In this document: positions 30,505-41,803 of the stretch, in pieces | Layout: every line of letters begins with the position of its first letter | How positions within the stretch are numbered: position 1 is the stretch's first letter | Assembly: GCA_963666735.1 (NCBI GenBank) | Contig: OY762926.1 | Location: 2,944,001 to 3,008,000 of the forward strand | DNA from: Gemmatimonadota bacterium | Lineage (GTDB): Bacteria > Gemmatimonadota > Gemmatimonadetes > Palauibacterales > Palauibacteraceae | Direction of reading: 5' to 3' | DNA: 64,000 nt | The notes under the pieces: generated by a model | The model's database searches: none | Told to the model about the DNA's origin: nothing | The model's input: the letters and a program-made list of their open reading frames with translations, nothing else | Position numbers and translations under genes: made by a program

Positions 30505-31490
30505 TGAGGAGCAGGTTGTCGGCGATCGCGGCGATCTCCTCGGCTTCGCGCCACGCTCGCTCCAACTGCGCCAGTTCGCCTTCGAGCGCGCGCCGTTCCT
30601 GCTCTTCGTGCAGCGCCATCTCCAGCGCGAGGCGCGTGGGCTTGGGCATCTGGCGGACCCACCCGGGTCCGGACAGCCGGACCTTTCTCCCGCGCCCAGG
30701 CGCAGGGAGTTCGCGCGCAGTGGTAGCGGACCCTCGCTCGGCGGAATCGGCGATGAACCGATGCGGGTCGCCGTGGGATTCGATCCGGGACACCGCTTCC
30801 CGGATGTGGCGAGCCGCGGCGCCGGCGCCATTGACCAGGGGAAGAAGAGCGTTGATGGCCCGCCCGGCATCGTCGCCCTCGAACGAGTCCGGACCTTTCC
30901 GTGAGAGCGGCCCGTGGTGGATCTCGACGCGAAAGCCGGGTTCGTCGTCGTCGGCCCGTATCCGGGCGAATTGGGTGACGTGCTCCCGTGCGAGCTCGTA
31001 GCGCGTGCCATCGGAACGCCGGAACTCCGCTACATTGGCCCGCCTGTTCAGCAGTCGTTGCACCGTCGCCAACGCCAGCCCGGCGCCGGCGCCGCTCAGC
31101 GCGGCTGCGCCAGCTCCCGCGACCAACCCGCCCGTCACCAGGTTGATGGTCGCGTAGGTACTGAGGTTCGCCGCCACCCCCGCCGACCCGGCCGCGATCC
31201 AGCGCCGGCGCCGACGGCGGAACTGGTCGCCGTAGCGCCAGGCGGCGAACTCGGGACGGAGGGGCTCGCCGATGCGGACCAGTTCGAGGCCTTCAGTGTG
31301 CCGGGCCAGGCCGACGTTTTCGGTGGAGGTGCGGATCCGCGTCGCGCGGAAGAGCCTTTCGCAGGTCTCGACACACCACCCAGAGGCGACCCTTCGCCGG
31401 ATCGAAGGCAAGGCGACGGCCGACGGGGAAGGGCTCCACGACCTCGTTCGAGCCTAGGGGCTTCTTCCAGAACATGCAGGTCCGGTACAC
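30505..31490 (-). pseudogene. longest copy (3) of the conserved hypothetical gene, internal frameshift and 3' truncation
   Basis: MYRTCMFWKKPLGSNEVVEPFPVGRRLAFDPAKGRLWVVCR, frame change near 31370, then ETCERLFRATR...EIAAIADNLLL. Confidence 0.75.
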
Positions 31491-31600
31491 GGCGGTCGGG
31501 AACGCTCGAGTTCAGGAATGTTCGACGGGTGTCATGTTCGCTCGTGGGCATTCTGCGTCGGCAACGGTCAGGCGAAAATGATTGTGGAAGTCCGGGCCTG

Positions 31601-31841
31601 AGGGTGAAGGGGTGGACGACTTGGTACGAGTTCGTCGACGAGATGCAGGCCGACCTCGACGCCTGAATCGGGACCTACAACCGGAAGCGTGGGCATCGGG
31701 GGCGCGACATGGGGGGCGGACGTCCTACCAGGTGCGCGCGAACGGGATCCGGAAGACGTCAGTCGAAAAGGCCGCGAAGACCGCAGCCTGAAGCGCTGAC
31801 GTCGGCGAGGCCGTCTGTCAGCTGATGACCGTACCCGTACC
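31601..31841 (+). mobile_element. IS481-family 3' remnant with terminal IR
   Basis: VKGWTTWYEFVDEMQADLDA; end TGTCAGCTGATGACCGTACCCGTAC mirrors 34959-34984. Confidence 0.7.
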
Positions 31842-32099
31842 CCCCAAAATGCGACACGCACACGCAGCCAGATGCTCCACACCACGCAGGTGGGGAGGAC
31901 GCGTCTTCGTCGGAATCCGCAGGTCCTACCGGCTACTGGTCGCGCTGGCCTACGCCTGCGACGTCGACCTCGACGATCTACCTGCGACACAGGCCCAGCC
32001 GTCGGTTCACCACGTTCGAGGTGAGTTGTAAGGCCACGCTCCTCCTAGCTTCTAGAGAGAAATTTTGACCTCAGCGACTCGTCGTGCCATCATGCTCAC

Positions 32100-33212
32100 A
32101 TGGATCCAATACACGTCTTGGCATTGGATGGCGGAGGCATGCGTGGGTTGTACGCAGCAACCGTGCTACATACGCTCGCCGATCGTTTCTCACGAGCATG
32201 GGATATCGCTGATCTCGATCTTGGTAGGGGTTTCGATCTCGTGTTGGGTACCAGTACGGGCGCCATCCTTGCAGCTGGCATTGCAGCGGGCGTCCCCATT
32301 GCTGAGATCGTCACGCTATACGAAGAAGCAGGTCCGAAGATCTTTAAAAAGCCAGTGCCACCTCACGATAAGTCATTTGGGATCTGTCGGAAAGCAAAGT
32401 TCTGGTGGTGGGCTCTCTCGCACATGCGTCGACCTGCGCACCGTAACTGTGAATTGCAATCTGAGCTAAAACGACTCTTCGGTGATCTCACCTTCGGCCA
32501 GCTCTACGAGCGTCGCGGTATCGGTTTGTGTATAGCAGCTACGGCGCTCCTAAACCACAAGCCGAGGGTCTTCAAGACCCGGCACGTACCTCAAAAGAAC
32601 CTGGACGATACACTTACCATTGCCGATGTGTGTCTTGCGAGCAGCGCGGCTCCATTATTCCTGCCCTTAGCTGAAGTACAGGCCGACGACATGCCCGACC
32701 ACGTTTTTGTTGATGGGGGTCTATGAGCCAACAGTCCTGTATTAGCTGGCTTGATCGAAGGGCTTGCTCTTTCAGCTCCCGAGCAGCCCGTTGTCGTTGT
32801 ATCGGTCGGTACCTGCCCTCCGGCAGTTGGAGCCGGTTCCCTCAATAACCTTGAACGAGGCATCTTAGCTTGGCGGGCTGGAATCCTGCCCATGTTGTTG
32901 TCCATGGATGCTCAGAGTCAGGCCGCAATGTACGCCGCAACGTTCTTACGTGACGAACTTAGGAAGCTCGGTAAGCCGGTGGAGATTGTTCGTCTCCCAG
33001 AAACCAATCCATCATCCGACCAAGCTGGCCTTCTTCAGTTGGACTCAGCATCGACCGTTGCCTTAAAGCTCATGAAGCGCCTCGGAAACGTGGATGGAAT
33101 TGAGACGTATCGGTGGTGTCAAGATGCCGATAACGATTACGGCAAACTACTCACTCAGATCTTCGAGCGTATGACCGAGGATCGCACAAACCCCCAAAGG
33201 ACATATCGATGA
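32100..33212 (+). pseudogene. CBASS patatin-like phospholipase effector with in-frame TGA at 32724-32726
   Basis: DGGGMRG, GTSTG, SSAAP, DGGL*ANSP; reading continues in the same frame into ORF 32751..33212. Confidence 0.88.
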
Positions 33213-34228
33213 TGAGAGATTGTAACAGTGACATTCGCGCTTATCATGCCGAGGCAGTCAAGCTCACCCAGACGCAAGTAGACGATTTGAGGACTCATCG
33301 CAATTCAAATCGAACGCGATTACAGAACGGATTAGGCGATGATGACCCCGAGCCTAAAGATTTTGTCATCCAAGGGTCCTACGCGATGCACACCATCATT
33401 CAAGAGCCCGATGGAGAATATGATATCGACGATGGTGTCGTCTTCACGAAGGAGTCACTTGAGGGTTCCCGAGGCGGCGACAAGTCTCCTCTCGATGCGA
33501 GACATATGGTTTGCGACGCGGTTCACGACGAGCGGTTCGCAACGCCGCCCGAGGTGAAGGCGAACTGCGTCCGGGTTTACTACCAGGAAGGACATCACGT
33601 CGACGTCCCGGTCTACCGCGAATGCGAAGACGAAGATGGCGACGGGACGTACTATGAGCTTGCTAGCTCGACGTGGAGGCCGTCAGATCCGCGGGGAGTA
33701 AACGCATGGTTCCGCAATTGGATCGAGGAGAAGCGAGAAGCCGGACAGACGAACTCACGTGAAGTGATTCGCCTTCTCAAGAGTATATGCAAAAGCCGGA
33801 CATCCTACTCATTACCTAGCGGGTTTGTGCTTACGGTACTTGTTGAGGAATGCTATCAATCTGAGGAAAAGAGACTTGATGAGAATCTGAGGGATACGAT
33901 TGCTGCAATAGTTGAACGCCTCGACGACGATCTGTCGGTGGCACATCCGGTGATCGATGGCGAATGGCTTATTGACAGCGACACGGAAAACAGAACCCGC
34001 GACCTTCGAGATCTGTGTAGTCAAGTGATTGAATGGTTGACCGATCTGGATGCGGATAACTGTACAGACTCCAAAGCATTAGGTGTCTGGAAGAAGGTGT
34101 TCAATAATACTGACTTCTTCGACGAGCGCATCAAGGAAGCGGAAGAGAGCGAGAAGGCGGCATCAGCTGCCGCGGTCAGAGACTTGGGGACAGCGAGTCC
34201 AAAACAGTACGGGCACAACTCCATGTAG
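33209..34228 (+). CDS. CBASS CD-NTase (cGAS/DncV-like nucleotidyltransferase)
   Basis: IQGSYAMHT, YDIDDGV, HVDVP, SDPR; C-terminus PKQYG-HNSM. Confidence 0.9.
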   Translation: MMRDCNSDIRAYHAEAVKLTQTQVDDLRTHRNSNRTRLQNGLGDDDPEPKDFVIQGSYAMHTIIQEPDGEYDIDDGVVFTKESLEGSRGGDKSPLDARHMVCDAVHDERFATPPEVKANCVRVYYQEGHHVDVPVYRECEDEDGDGTYYELASSTWRPSDPRGVNAWFRNWIEEKREAGQTNSREVIRLLKSICKSRTSYSLPSGFVLTVLVEECYQSEEKRLDENLRDTIAAIVERLDDDLSVAHPVIDGEWLIDSDTENRTRDLRDLCSQVIEWLTDLDADNCTDSKALGVWKKVFNNTDFFDERIKEAEESEKAASAAAVRDLGTASPKQYGHNSM

Positions 34229-34243
34229 ACGGGTGGTGAGTTT

Positions 34244-34924
34244 ATGAACACTGAGTTGGTAATCGGAGAGCAGGCGCGTCTCACAGAGATCTTTCCCAGG
34301 CTCGTGCTTGACGCATCGCGGACACCAGCACGAGTGACCGGGACGATGTGGTTGGACGGTCTTGGAATCGGATTCAGCGTCAATCTGGAAATCCCTGAGA
34401 ATTATCCTCACGGTGTTCCGGTGCTGTGGTGCGATCGCCGGGAAATTGCTCCATGGATTGCTGATCGCCATGTGTTCACCAACGGTCGGGCCTGCCTCTG
34501 CGTTGCCGCCGAGTACCGAAAGTATTGGCCGCGTGGATCAGACATAACCGATTTCCTGCAGGGCCTTGTAAAACCCTATTTCATAGGACAGGCATATTAC
34601 CAGGCACACGGATATTGGCCTCCCGAGCTAGCAAGAGCGCACGGCGCAACAGGAATCATCGAGGCTTATGCGGAGATACTTGAGCCTTTTGGTGTGACGG
34701 AATACGCGGCGATCATCGGCATCATCCGTGCCTTGGCGGAGGACCACCCGCCGACGGGCGGGACATTGTGCCCTTGTGGAAGTGGCGTGCAGCTACGGAG
34801 TTGCCAACGTCATCAGCAACTGGTTAGTGAGTTGCGGAGGACAATTGACGTGGAGCACGCTGCATTTGATTATGGTTTCGTGATTCGAGAAGCTATATGT
34901 CGAAAGGAAGTGGTGTTGTCGTAG
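34244..34924 (+). CDS. prokaryotic E2 (ubiquitin-conjugating-like) protein with SEC-C motif
   Basis: IPENYPHGVP, RHVFTNGRACLC, C-terminal CPCGSG...RSC. Confidence 0.8.
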   Translation: MNTELVIGEQARLTEIFPRLVLDASRTPARVTGTMWLDGLGIGFSVNLEIPENYPHGVPVLWCDRREIAPWIADRHVFTNGRACLCVAAEYRKYWPRGSDITDFLQGLVKPYFIGQAYYQAHGYWPPELARAHGATGIIEAYAEILEPFGVTEYAAIIGIIRALAEDHPPTGGTLCPCGSGVQLRSCQRHQQLVSELRRTIDVEHAAFDYGFVIREAICRKEVVLS

Positions 34925-34958
34925 TGCCGAATGCGGCGATCCCGATGTTCTGGCAGAG

Positions 34959-35950
34959 TGTACAAGTACAGTAATCACCTGACACCCGGGCTCGCCGAGG
35001 TCAGCGCTTTCAGGCTGCGGTCTTCACCTCCTTCTTGGTTGACTTCTTCGGGGTCCTGGGCTTCCGGATTCCCTTCTTGAACACCTGGTACGGCGGCCGC
35101 CCCTCCATGCCGCGGCCGCAGTGCGGACGGTTCCGGTTGTAGGTCTCGATGTAGGCGTCGAGATCCTCCTGCATCTCGCTGACCGAGTCGTACCAGGTGA
35201 TCCGTCCCTTCACCCTCAGGTGCTCGTCGAGGAGCGTGCGGCGGAGGCGCTCGATGTACCTGTTCGACTACGGCCGGCCCAGCTGCGTTTTCTGGTGCTC
35301 AATTTCCTCGAGCTGGAGGAACACCTCGTGGGCGTGCCGGTCCTCCCGGCCGCAGTTACTCGCGCCCGTTGTCGCTCAGGACCGTCTCGACCTTCACCCC
35401 CGTGTTCCTGGAAGAAGGGCAGTACGTGGTTGTTCAGGATCCGGACGGCAGTCACGGGCATCTTCGAGGTGTAGAGCCGGGCCCACACGTGGCGGCTGAA
35501 GCAGTCCAGCACCGTCTGGATGTAGACCTTGCCCACTCCCTTCAGCGTCCCCGCGAAGAAGGTGTCCACGGCCACGAGTTCGCCCGTCTTCTTCACCTCG
35601 ATGTGACGCTCCCGGTACTCGGGACCGAAGCGCTCCAGCGTCTGGATCTGCTCCTCGGTGAGCTCGAAGTCGCTCTCCCGGACCGTCTTCTCCAGCCTGA
35701 GCAGCCGCTCGTGCCTCGTCTTGAGCCCGTTACGGATCCACACCCCTCTGACGCCGCCCGAGCTCACCTGCACGCCGCGGAGCATCAGCTCGTGGGCCAC
35801 CCGCTGTGCCCCGTGCGTCGGGTGCGCCAGCGCGTGGGCCAGGATCGCCTCCTCCACCTCCGAGGCCACACGGTTCGGGTGAGGGCCCCGCGCTCCCGGC
35901 ATGCGGTCCAGGAGACCTTCGGCCCCGTACACCTGGAAGTTCCTTCGGAT
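34959..35950 (-). mobile_element. IS481-family element, frameshifted and 5' truncated
   Basis: TGTACA end at 34959; VAVDTFFAGTLKGVGKVYIQTVLDCFSR; YNRNRPH. Confidence 0.85.
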
Positions 35951-35954
35951 CTCG

Positions 35955-36245
35955 TACCTGAAGCGTCACTTCGGCTACCGGAAGGTTCGCTACCGGGGGC
36001 TGGCGAAGAACACCGAGCGGATCGCGCTGTTGCTCGGCTTCTCGAACCTGCTGATCGCGGGTCGTTATGCGACGGCGTAGGGCGCCGCGGCGGGAGACAT
36101 CCGTCCCGGCGGGACGGAAGCGGGGGGTCGCAGGCCCAAAACGCCCGTTTTTCGCGTCTCCGAGCCCCTTTCAGGGGCGGCAGACGACCAAGTCGGCGTC
36201 ATTCAGCCCGACACCGGCCGATCTGCCGGCCTGTTCAGACCTTCC
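35955..36245 (+). mobile_element. IS5-family 3' remnant
   Basis: LKRHFGYRKVRYRGLAKNTER; end TGTTCAGACCTTCC followed by CTAG. Confidence 0.75.
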
Positions 36246-36596
36246 CTAGCAAGCTTTCGGCCAACTCGGCCACGCCGTACCGTACCAGCAACAGAAAGGC
36301 CCCCAGCAAGAACCGGGCCTCAACACTATACACCCGTTCAAGGTCGCCACCTCAGGCGCAACGGGAAAGAGGTACGCACAAATGACAGTCGAAGAAGCCG
36401 GCGCAACCGGCGCTGGCGGCCAGCCTAGTCGTACCCGTCCCGGTTCTCGCCGGAACGCTCGAGGCTCCGGTATTCGATCCGGCCCTGCGGCAACTTGCCG
36501 CCACCCTTGTCCCGCCCCGCCAGCGGCGGACCTGTTCGGCGACATCGCCGACCGCCGCGCCGCGAAAGAGAGGCACGACCTGTCGCGAGTTGAGCC

Positions 36597-36941
36597 GTGG
36601 ACGTGATGCACCCGACATGGCGGGAAGCAATCCGTTGGTGCTTGTGCCTCCGCTACCCGAAGCCGGCGCACTATACCGACATCGCGAAGTGGATCGATGA
36701 TGAGCGGCTTAGGCGGCGGATTGAGAACCCGGAGGCAACGGTAAACCGCATCATCCGCATATCGCTGAGAGATGATCCCGACTCGCCGTTTCGTGATTTT
36801 GGGGACGGGATGTACGGGCTTTCCGACATGGGGGAACGCCTTTGTGGCGACCGCGAGATGATCCTCGAGGACGTCCGCTTGATCAACCGCCACCACGACC
36901 GACTCAATGCGGTCCGAAGGCGATTGCACGGCGGGGGTTAG
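36597..36941 (+). CDS. small HARE-HTH-like winged-helix protein
   Basis: TWREAI...PAHYTDI...PEATVN...SPF...GMYGL pattern. Confidence 0.6.
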   Translation: MDVMHPTWREAIRWCLCLRYPKPAHYTDIAKWIDDERLRRRIENPEATVNRIIRISLRDDPDSPFRDFGDGMYGLSDMGERLCGDREMILEDVRLINRHHDRLNAVRRRLHGGG

Positions 36942-37064
36942 TGACGTCTACACGTGATGGGCAGGCGGGGCGGCACGTAGGTTGCGAGGGTGCGGCCAGC
37001 TCGGCCAACCCCTACCATTCAGCAACGAAAAAGCCCCCCTGCGCGGAGCCGGGGGACGCTCGGA

Positions 37065-37196
37065 CACTACGACCGAGAGGTGCGGTATTCTCTGGTGGTC
37101 AGCATCCGGGCGCCTGACGTTGACGTGGACCTCTACGCCGAGGTCGCGAACCAGATTGATGTCGGCGTTCCGGTCGAGATTTGAGGTTCCTCGCTG
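37065..37196 (+). repeat. 132-bp near-identical duplicate of the 3' end of the S8 protease gene (23922-24053)
   Basis: encodes HYDREVRYSLVVSIRAPDVDVDLYAEVANQIDVGVPVEI*; an adjacent second repeat 37334-37378 matches 24057-24101. Confidence 0.92.
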
Positions 37197-37374
37197 TCTT
37201 GCGGGTTCCGACGTATGCCGATCACCGATTACGGTGCATGCCGATCAGCTTGGAGTCAGCGGGTAGCGGTGCTGGAGAACCTACTGGAGCGCCCACCTCT
37301 TCCCTTCTCGACGAGGTTCTTTAGGCGCGGAGGGAGAGGGTGTCGCACTACGCAGGCTGAGACGTCACCCTGAG

Positions 37375-37400
37375 GCTCGTCACCTCCGGCCGGGTGTCAC
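37375..37400 (+). repeat. 26-bp dispersed repeat, copy 2
   Basis: identical to 12038-12063. Confidence 0.8.
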
Positions 37401-37634
37401 TCTTTCGCTCGCGGGTGACAGCTTGACGCAGCCCAAGGCCAGGCGCCGATGCACGGTCGGCGCCCCGACGTGCCGCGTGGTCGCATACCGGGCCTGATCC
37501 TCAGTCTCTCACCAAGGCAGTTCCTCCGGCCAGGTCAGCAGGCCCTTCTCTGTCCCAACCACCAGGAAAAGGAACGCGGCAATGGCCAGCAGCCAGAAGA
37601 TTACCCAAGCCCGCCCCGACCAATCCGGGCTCTT

Positions 37635-38970
37635 TGGAGCTGTCCCGCTTTCACGGACGGTTAGTTTCTGTGGTTGATCGCCTCCGGTTCTTCTCCTTTC
37701 AGCCTCCCTCAGGCGCTCGGGAGAGGATGTCGGTGTGCGCCGCGGGTGCGCCTCAGGCCGCATGGTTGCTCTCGTAGTCGGCCGGCGACTCGTAGCCGAG
37801 TGCCGAGTGCAGCCGCCGGGTGTTGTAGAAGCCCTCGATGAAGCCGAAGACCTCCCGTCGCGCCTCGTCCGCCGTGCGGAACGAGCGCTTCCAGATCAGC
37901 TCGCACTCGAGGGTGGCGAAGAAGCTCTCGCACATGGCGTTGTCGTACGCATCGCCCGCCGAGCCCATGGACTGGGCGATGCCCGACTCGCGGCAGCGCT
38001 CCCCGAAGGCGAGCGAGGTGTACTGCGAGCCCCTGTCGGAATGATGCACGACACGACCCTCGGGACGACGCCTTGCGAGAGCCATCGCCAGCGCGGTCTC
38101 GACGAGCTCGGTCCGCATGTGCGTCGCCATGGCCCAGCCGACGACGCGGCGGCTCCAGACGTCGAGCACGACGGCCAGATACAGCCAGCCAGCCCACGTG
38201 GGGACGTAGGTGATGTCGGCCACCCACAGCTCGTCGGGCCCCGAGGCCGAGAAGTCACGGTCCACCAGGTCCGGCGCGGGGCGGGCCTCGGCATCCCTCT
38301 TCGTCGTCGCCGTCTTGAAGCGCCGCCTGGTCGCGCCCTCGATCTCCAGCCCCCTCATCAGCCGCCCCACGCGCTTCTGCCCCACCCGCTCGCCCTCGGC
38401 CCTGAGCGCCGCGTGGATCCGCGGACGGCCGTACGTCTCGCCGCTGCCGGTCCATATCTTCGCGATCCGCGCCTCCAGTTCCGCGTCCCGACGCGCGCGG
38501 TCCGAGGGAGGACGCCTCAACCAGTCGTAGTAGCCGCTGGGGGAGAGACCCAGCACCCGGCACATGGCCCGAAGCGGGAACTCGGCCCGGTGCGCCCTCA
38601 TGAACGCATACCCCCGCCGGGGATCGATCCGCTCTCCCTCGCGAACCAGGCCGCGGCTTTTTTTAGGATGTCGCGCTCCATCCTGAGCCGCTTGTTCTCC
38701 CGCTCCAGGCGCCGCAGCTCGCTGCGCGCCTCCGTTGTCAGCCCGTCGCTACGGAACCCCTCGTCCACATCCGCCTGCCGGACCCAGTTCCGGATCGTCT
38801 GCTCCGACGGCTCGAACTTCCGGGCGAGTGACGCGGCACTACGCCCGCCCCTCACCAGTTCCACCAGCCGCTCCCTGTACTCGGATGGATACCGCCCCTT
38901 CCGGCCCGCCATGGAACACCTCCTTGCTTGACCCCAATGGATAGGTGTCCGTCAAAGCGGGGCAACTCCA
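37635..38970 (-). mobile_element. IS3-family element
   Basis: IRs TGGAGCTGTCCCGCTTT / TGGAGTTGCCCCGCTTT; orfA 38598..38912, orfB 37753..38601; no flanking duplication seen. Confidence 0.92.
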
Positions 38971-39246
38971 GTTCTGCCGGGCACCGGGTTTCGATTGACC
39001 AAATTTGCTGCCGACGTGGCCTTACGGCAGGAAGGCGATCGACTTTATAGAGTTGGCTTGTCGAACCACGCGGGATTTGACGGCACCATGAATTACATTG
39101 AGCGGACTGGGGCAAGCTTCGTGCTGACGGATGGCTCACGCTCGTCAGATCAAAAGGCCAGAGCACTCGCAGCTGCGATTTCTCGAGAACTTGGTGTTGA
39201 TGCCGGTCCCGCCACGCCGCAACCCACGCGAAGATATGGGAAATAG
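38971..39246 (+). pseudogene. C-terminal fragment of MBL/beta-CASP-like nuclease
   Basis: YRVGLSNHAGFDG...VLTD resembles the RMMBL S-H-A motif; cut by the IS3. Confidence 0.4.
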
Positions 39247-39423
39247 AGTGTGGCATCGGTATCGTCAGCGTCACGGAGGTAGATGAACGCGAGAAGCAGC
39301 GAGGAAGTTGGCCTTTCAAGAGTCTCAGGCGAGTCTGACTGCCGCGTGGCGTAGTACTTGCAGATGGAACGAGGGAGGTTGAAGCCTTCGACGATGCGGT
39401 CGGTGATCCTCGAACGGAAACTA

Positions 39424-40928
39424 GCAGCCCGTGGAAAAAGTCGCGATGTCGCGCGCCGGTGTTGATGGTTAGATTGTGGGCGGGACAAGAAGGCAACGGG
39501 AGGTTGGCGATGGCGGTGGGCAGGATGCCGGGGGAGCGTCAGGAGGAGCTGTTCATTGCGGCGAGCGCGGTGCGTGCGCTGGACAACCCGTTCTACGCGG
39601 CGTTGGACAGGCTTCTGCGCGGGAGCGGCTTCGACGAGTTCGCCGAGGAGGCGTGCCGGGAGTTCTACGCGGCGCGGATGGGCCGGCCGGGCCTTCCGCC
39701 GGGGGTGTACTTCCGGATGCTGATGGTGGGATACCTGGAGGGGATCGGCTCGGAGCGGGGGATCGCGTGGCGTTGCCGGGACTCGATCTCGCTGCGGGAG
39801 TTCCTGGGCTACGGTCTGGCGAAGACGCCGCCGGAGCATTCCACGCTGTCGAAGACGCGCAAGCGTCTGAGCGTGGAGGCGCACGGGGCGGTGTTCGGCT
39901 GGGTGCTGGAGGTGCTGCGGGAGTCGGGGCTGCTGCGGGGCGGGACGGTGGGGGTGGACTCGACGACGCTGGAGGCGAACGCGGCGCTGCGCGCGATCGT
40001 GCGGCGTGACGACGAGACGGAGTACGACGCGTGGCTCGAACAGCTGGCGAAGGCGTCGGGGATCGAGACGCCGACGCGGGCCGACCTTGCGAAGCTGGAC
40101 CGCAAGCGTCCGGGGAAGGGGTCGAACAAGGACTGGAAGCATCCGCACGACCCGGAGGCGCGGATCGCGAAGATGAAGGACGGCCGCACGCGCCTGGCGC
40201 ACAAGCTCGAGCAGGCGGTCGACATGGAGACCGGCGCGGTGGTCGCCGTGACGGTGCAGACGATGGACGGCGGCGACTGCGCGTCGCTGCCGGTGACGCT
40301 GGACGAGACGGAGCGGCGGCTGGCGGAGGCGGGCGCGGAGGCGAGGGAGGTGGTGGCCGACAAGGGCTACCACTCGAACGCGACCATGACGGGCGTGAGG
40401 GAGCGGGGACTGCGGAGCTATGTCAGCGAGCCGAACCGGGGCCGCCGGAAGTGGAAGGGCAAGCGGGACGCGCAGAAGGCCGTGTACGGCAACCGCCGCC
40501 GGATCCGCGGCGAGCGGGGGAAGCGGTTACAGCGCCAGCGCGGGGAGAAGCTGGAACGGACTTTCGCGCACCTGCTCGGCAGCGGAGGAATGCGCCGCGT
40601 TCACGTCCGCGGGCAGGAGGAGATCCGAAAACGGATGCTCGTTCACGCCGCCGCCTTCAACCTCTCCTTGGCGATGCGCGGCCGCTTCGGCTTCGGCACC
40701 CCGCGCGGCCTGCAGGGCCTCGCGGCATCGACCGCGGCCCTCGCGGACGCCTCCGCACGCGGTTTTGCCGCCATCTTCGGCCGAATCGGGCGCATTCTCG
40801 GCCTCCGGGGCGCGAATCGCGGCCTTCGCCGCCCCCCGGGCCGCCTTTTGCATAACAGCACCCGAATCATCCGCCACTTTCCGCTTCCACAGTCGCCCGC
40901 GTCGGCGACCACTTCTTCCACGGCCTGC
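39424..40928 (+). mobile_element. IS1182-family element (transposase 39510..40931)
   Basis: IRs GCAGCCCGTGGAAAAAG / CTTCTTCCACGGCCTGC within CTAG; GVDSTTLEANA, VADKGYHS, ERTFAH. Confidence 0.88.
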
Positions 40929-41093
40929 TAGGGGAGGATGCCGTCCAGTGCTTTCGGACGGTCTTTGCCGCGTCGACGACGGGTTGAAGGAAGACCCGAT
41001 ATGGCGTCCGCCACCGGGTTGGCTTGGTCGTCCGTAAGGTTGCTCCAAGTCGGGTCGGAGGGCAAGGGATCGAAGCTTTGCGACCGGGGAGCG

Positions 41094-41188
41094 TGGGCCC
41101 GGGTAGATTTGGCGAAGCACCGTCCCCTGCCGAGGCCGCTGCTTCACCGAACTCGCGCCCGGGACCGGGCGCTCGGTTGAACTACCGA
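41094..41188 (-). repeat. tRNA-Ile 3' fragment containing a 68-nt T-loop insertion
   Basis: TGGGCCCGGGTAGATTTG-[68 nt]-AACTACCGA. Confidence 0.8.
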
Positions 41189-41262
41189 GGCGACTTGTCC
41201 GTCCGTGAGGTCGGTCCAGGGATCGGAGCGGAGGCTGGGGTTCGGATCCGATGGCTGAAGAG

Positions 41263-41337
<75 letters not shown>

Positions 41338-41623
41338 CGAGAAGAAGGCCGGCGCGCGACCGCTCGTTCGAGGCCGAGGGTGGGGCGCCGGGCCGAGTCC
41401 ATCCTAAGGATACGGCGCAGCGCGTTCAAGTTTCTTGGGCACCGGGGATTCCGCTCTTGGGCTCGTAATCTCCCACCGGGTGTCACTCTCGGTCGCAATC
41501 GACAGTTGCCACGCGCAGGTCGACCATGACGACCCTAGCCAACGGAGGACCCGTTCCCGGCCGTGGGAGTGCTCCACATTGGGCCAGAGAGGGAGGAGGT
41601 CGAGGCTTCATGACCGGGGAGCG

Positions 41624-41764
<141 letters not shown>

Positions 41765-41803
41765 CGAAGAAGACCGGCGCGCGACCATTCCGGCGCGGCG
41801 GGT

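Noticed and set aside
24105..31490. Classical integron or diversity-generating retroelement
   Set aside because: No IntI, no attC-like palindromes, no reverse transcriptase, and differences between copies do not appear adenine-specific
32724..32726. Selenocysteine or genome-wide TGA recoding
   Set aside because: The position aligns with Trp rather than Cys, and TGA is a normal stop in many genes here (e.g. dnaE, accA, proS)
37028..37055. Rho-independent terminator (minus strand)
   Set aside because: Short stem and no upstream gene on that strand to terminate
37509..37763. 84-aa membrane protein
   Set aside because: The 5' half lies inside the IS3 end; at most a truncated gene tail
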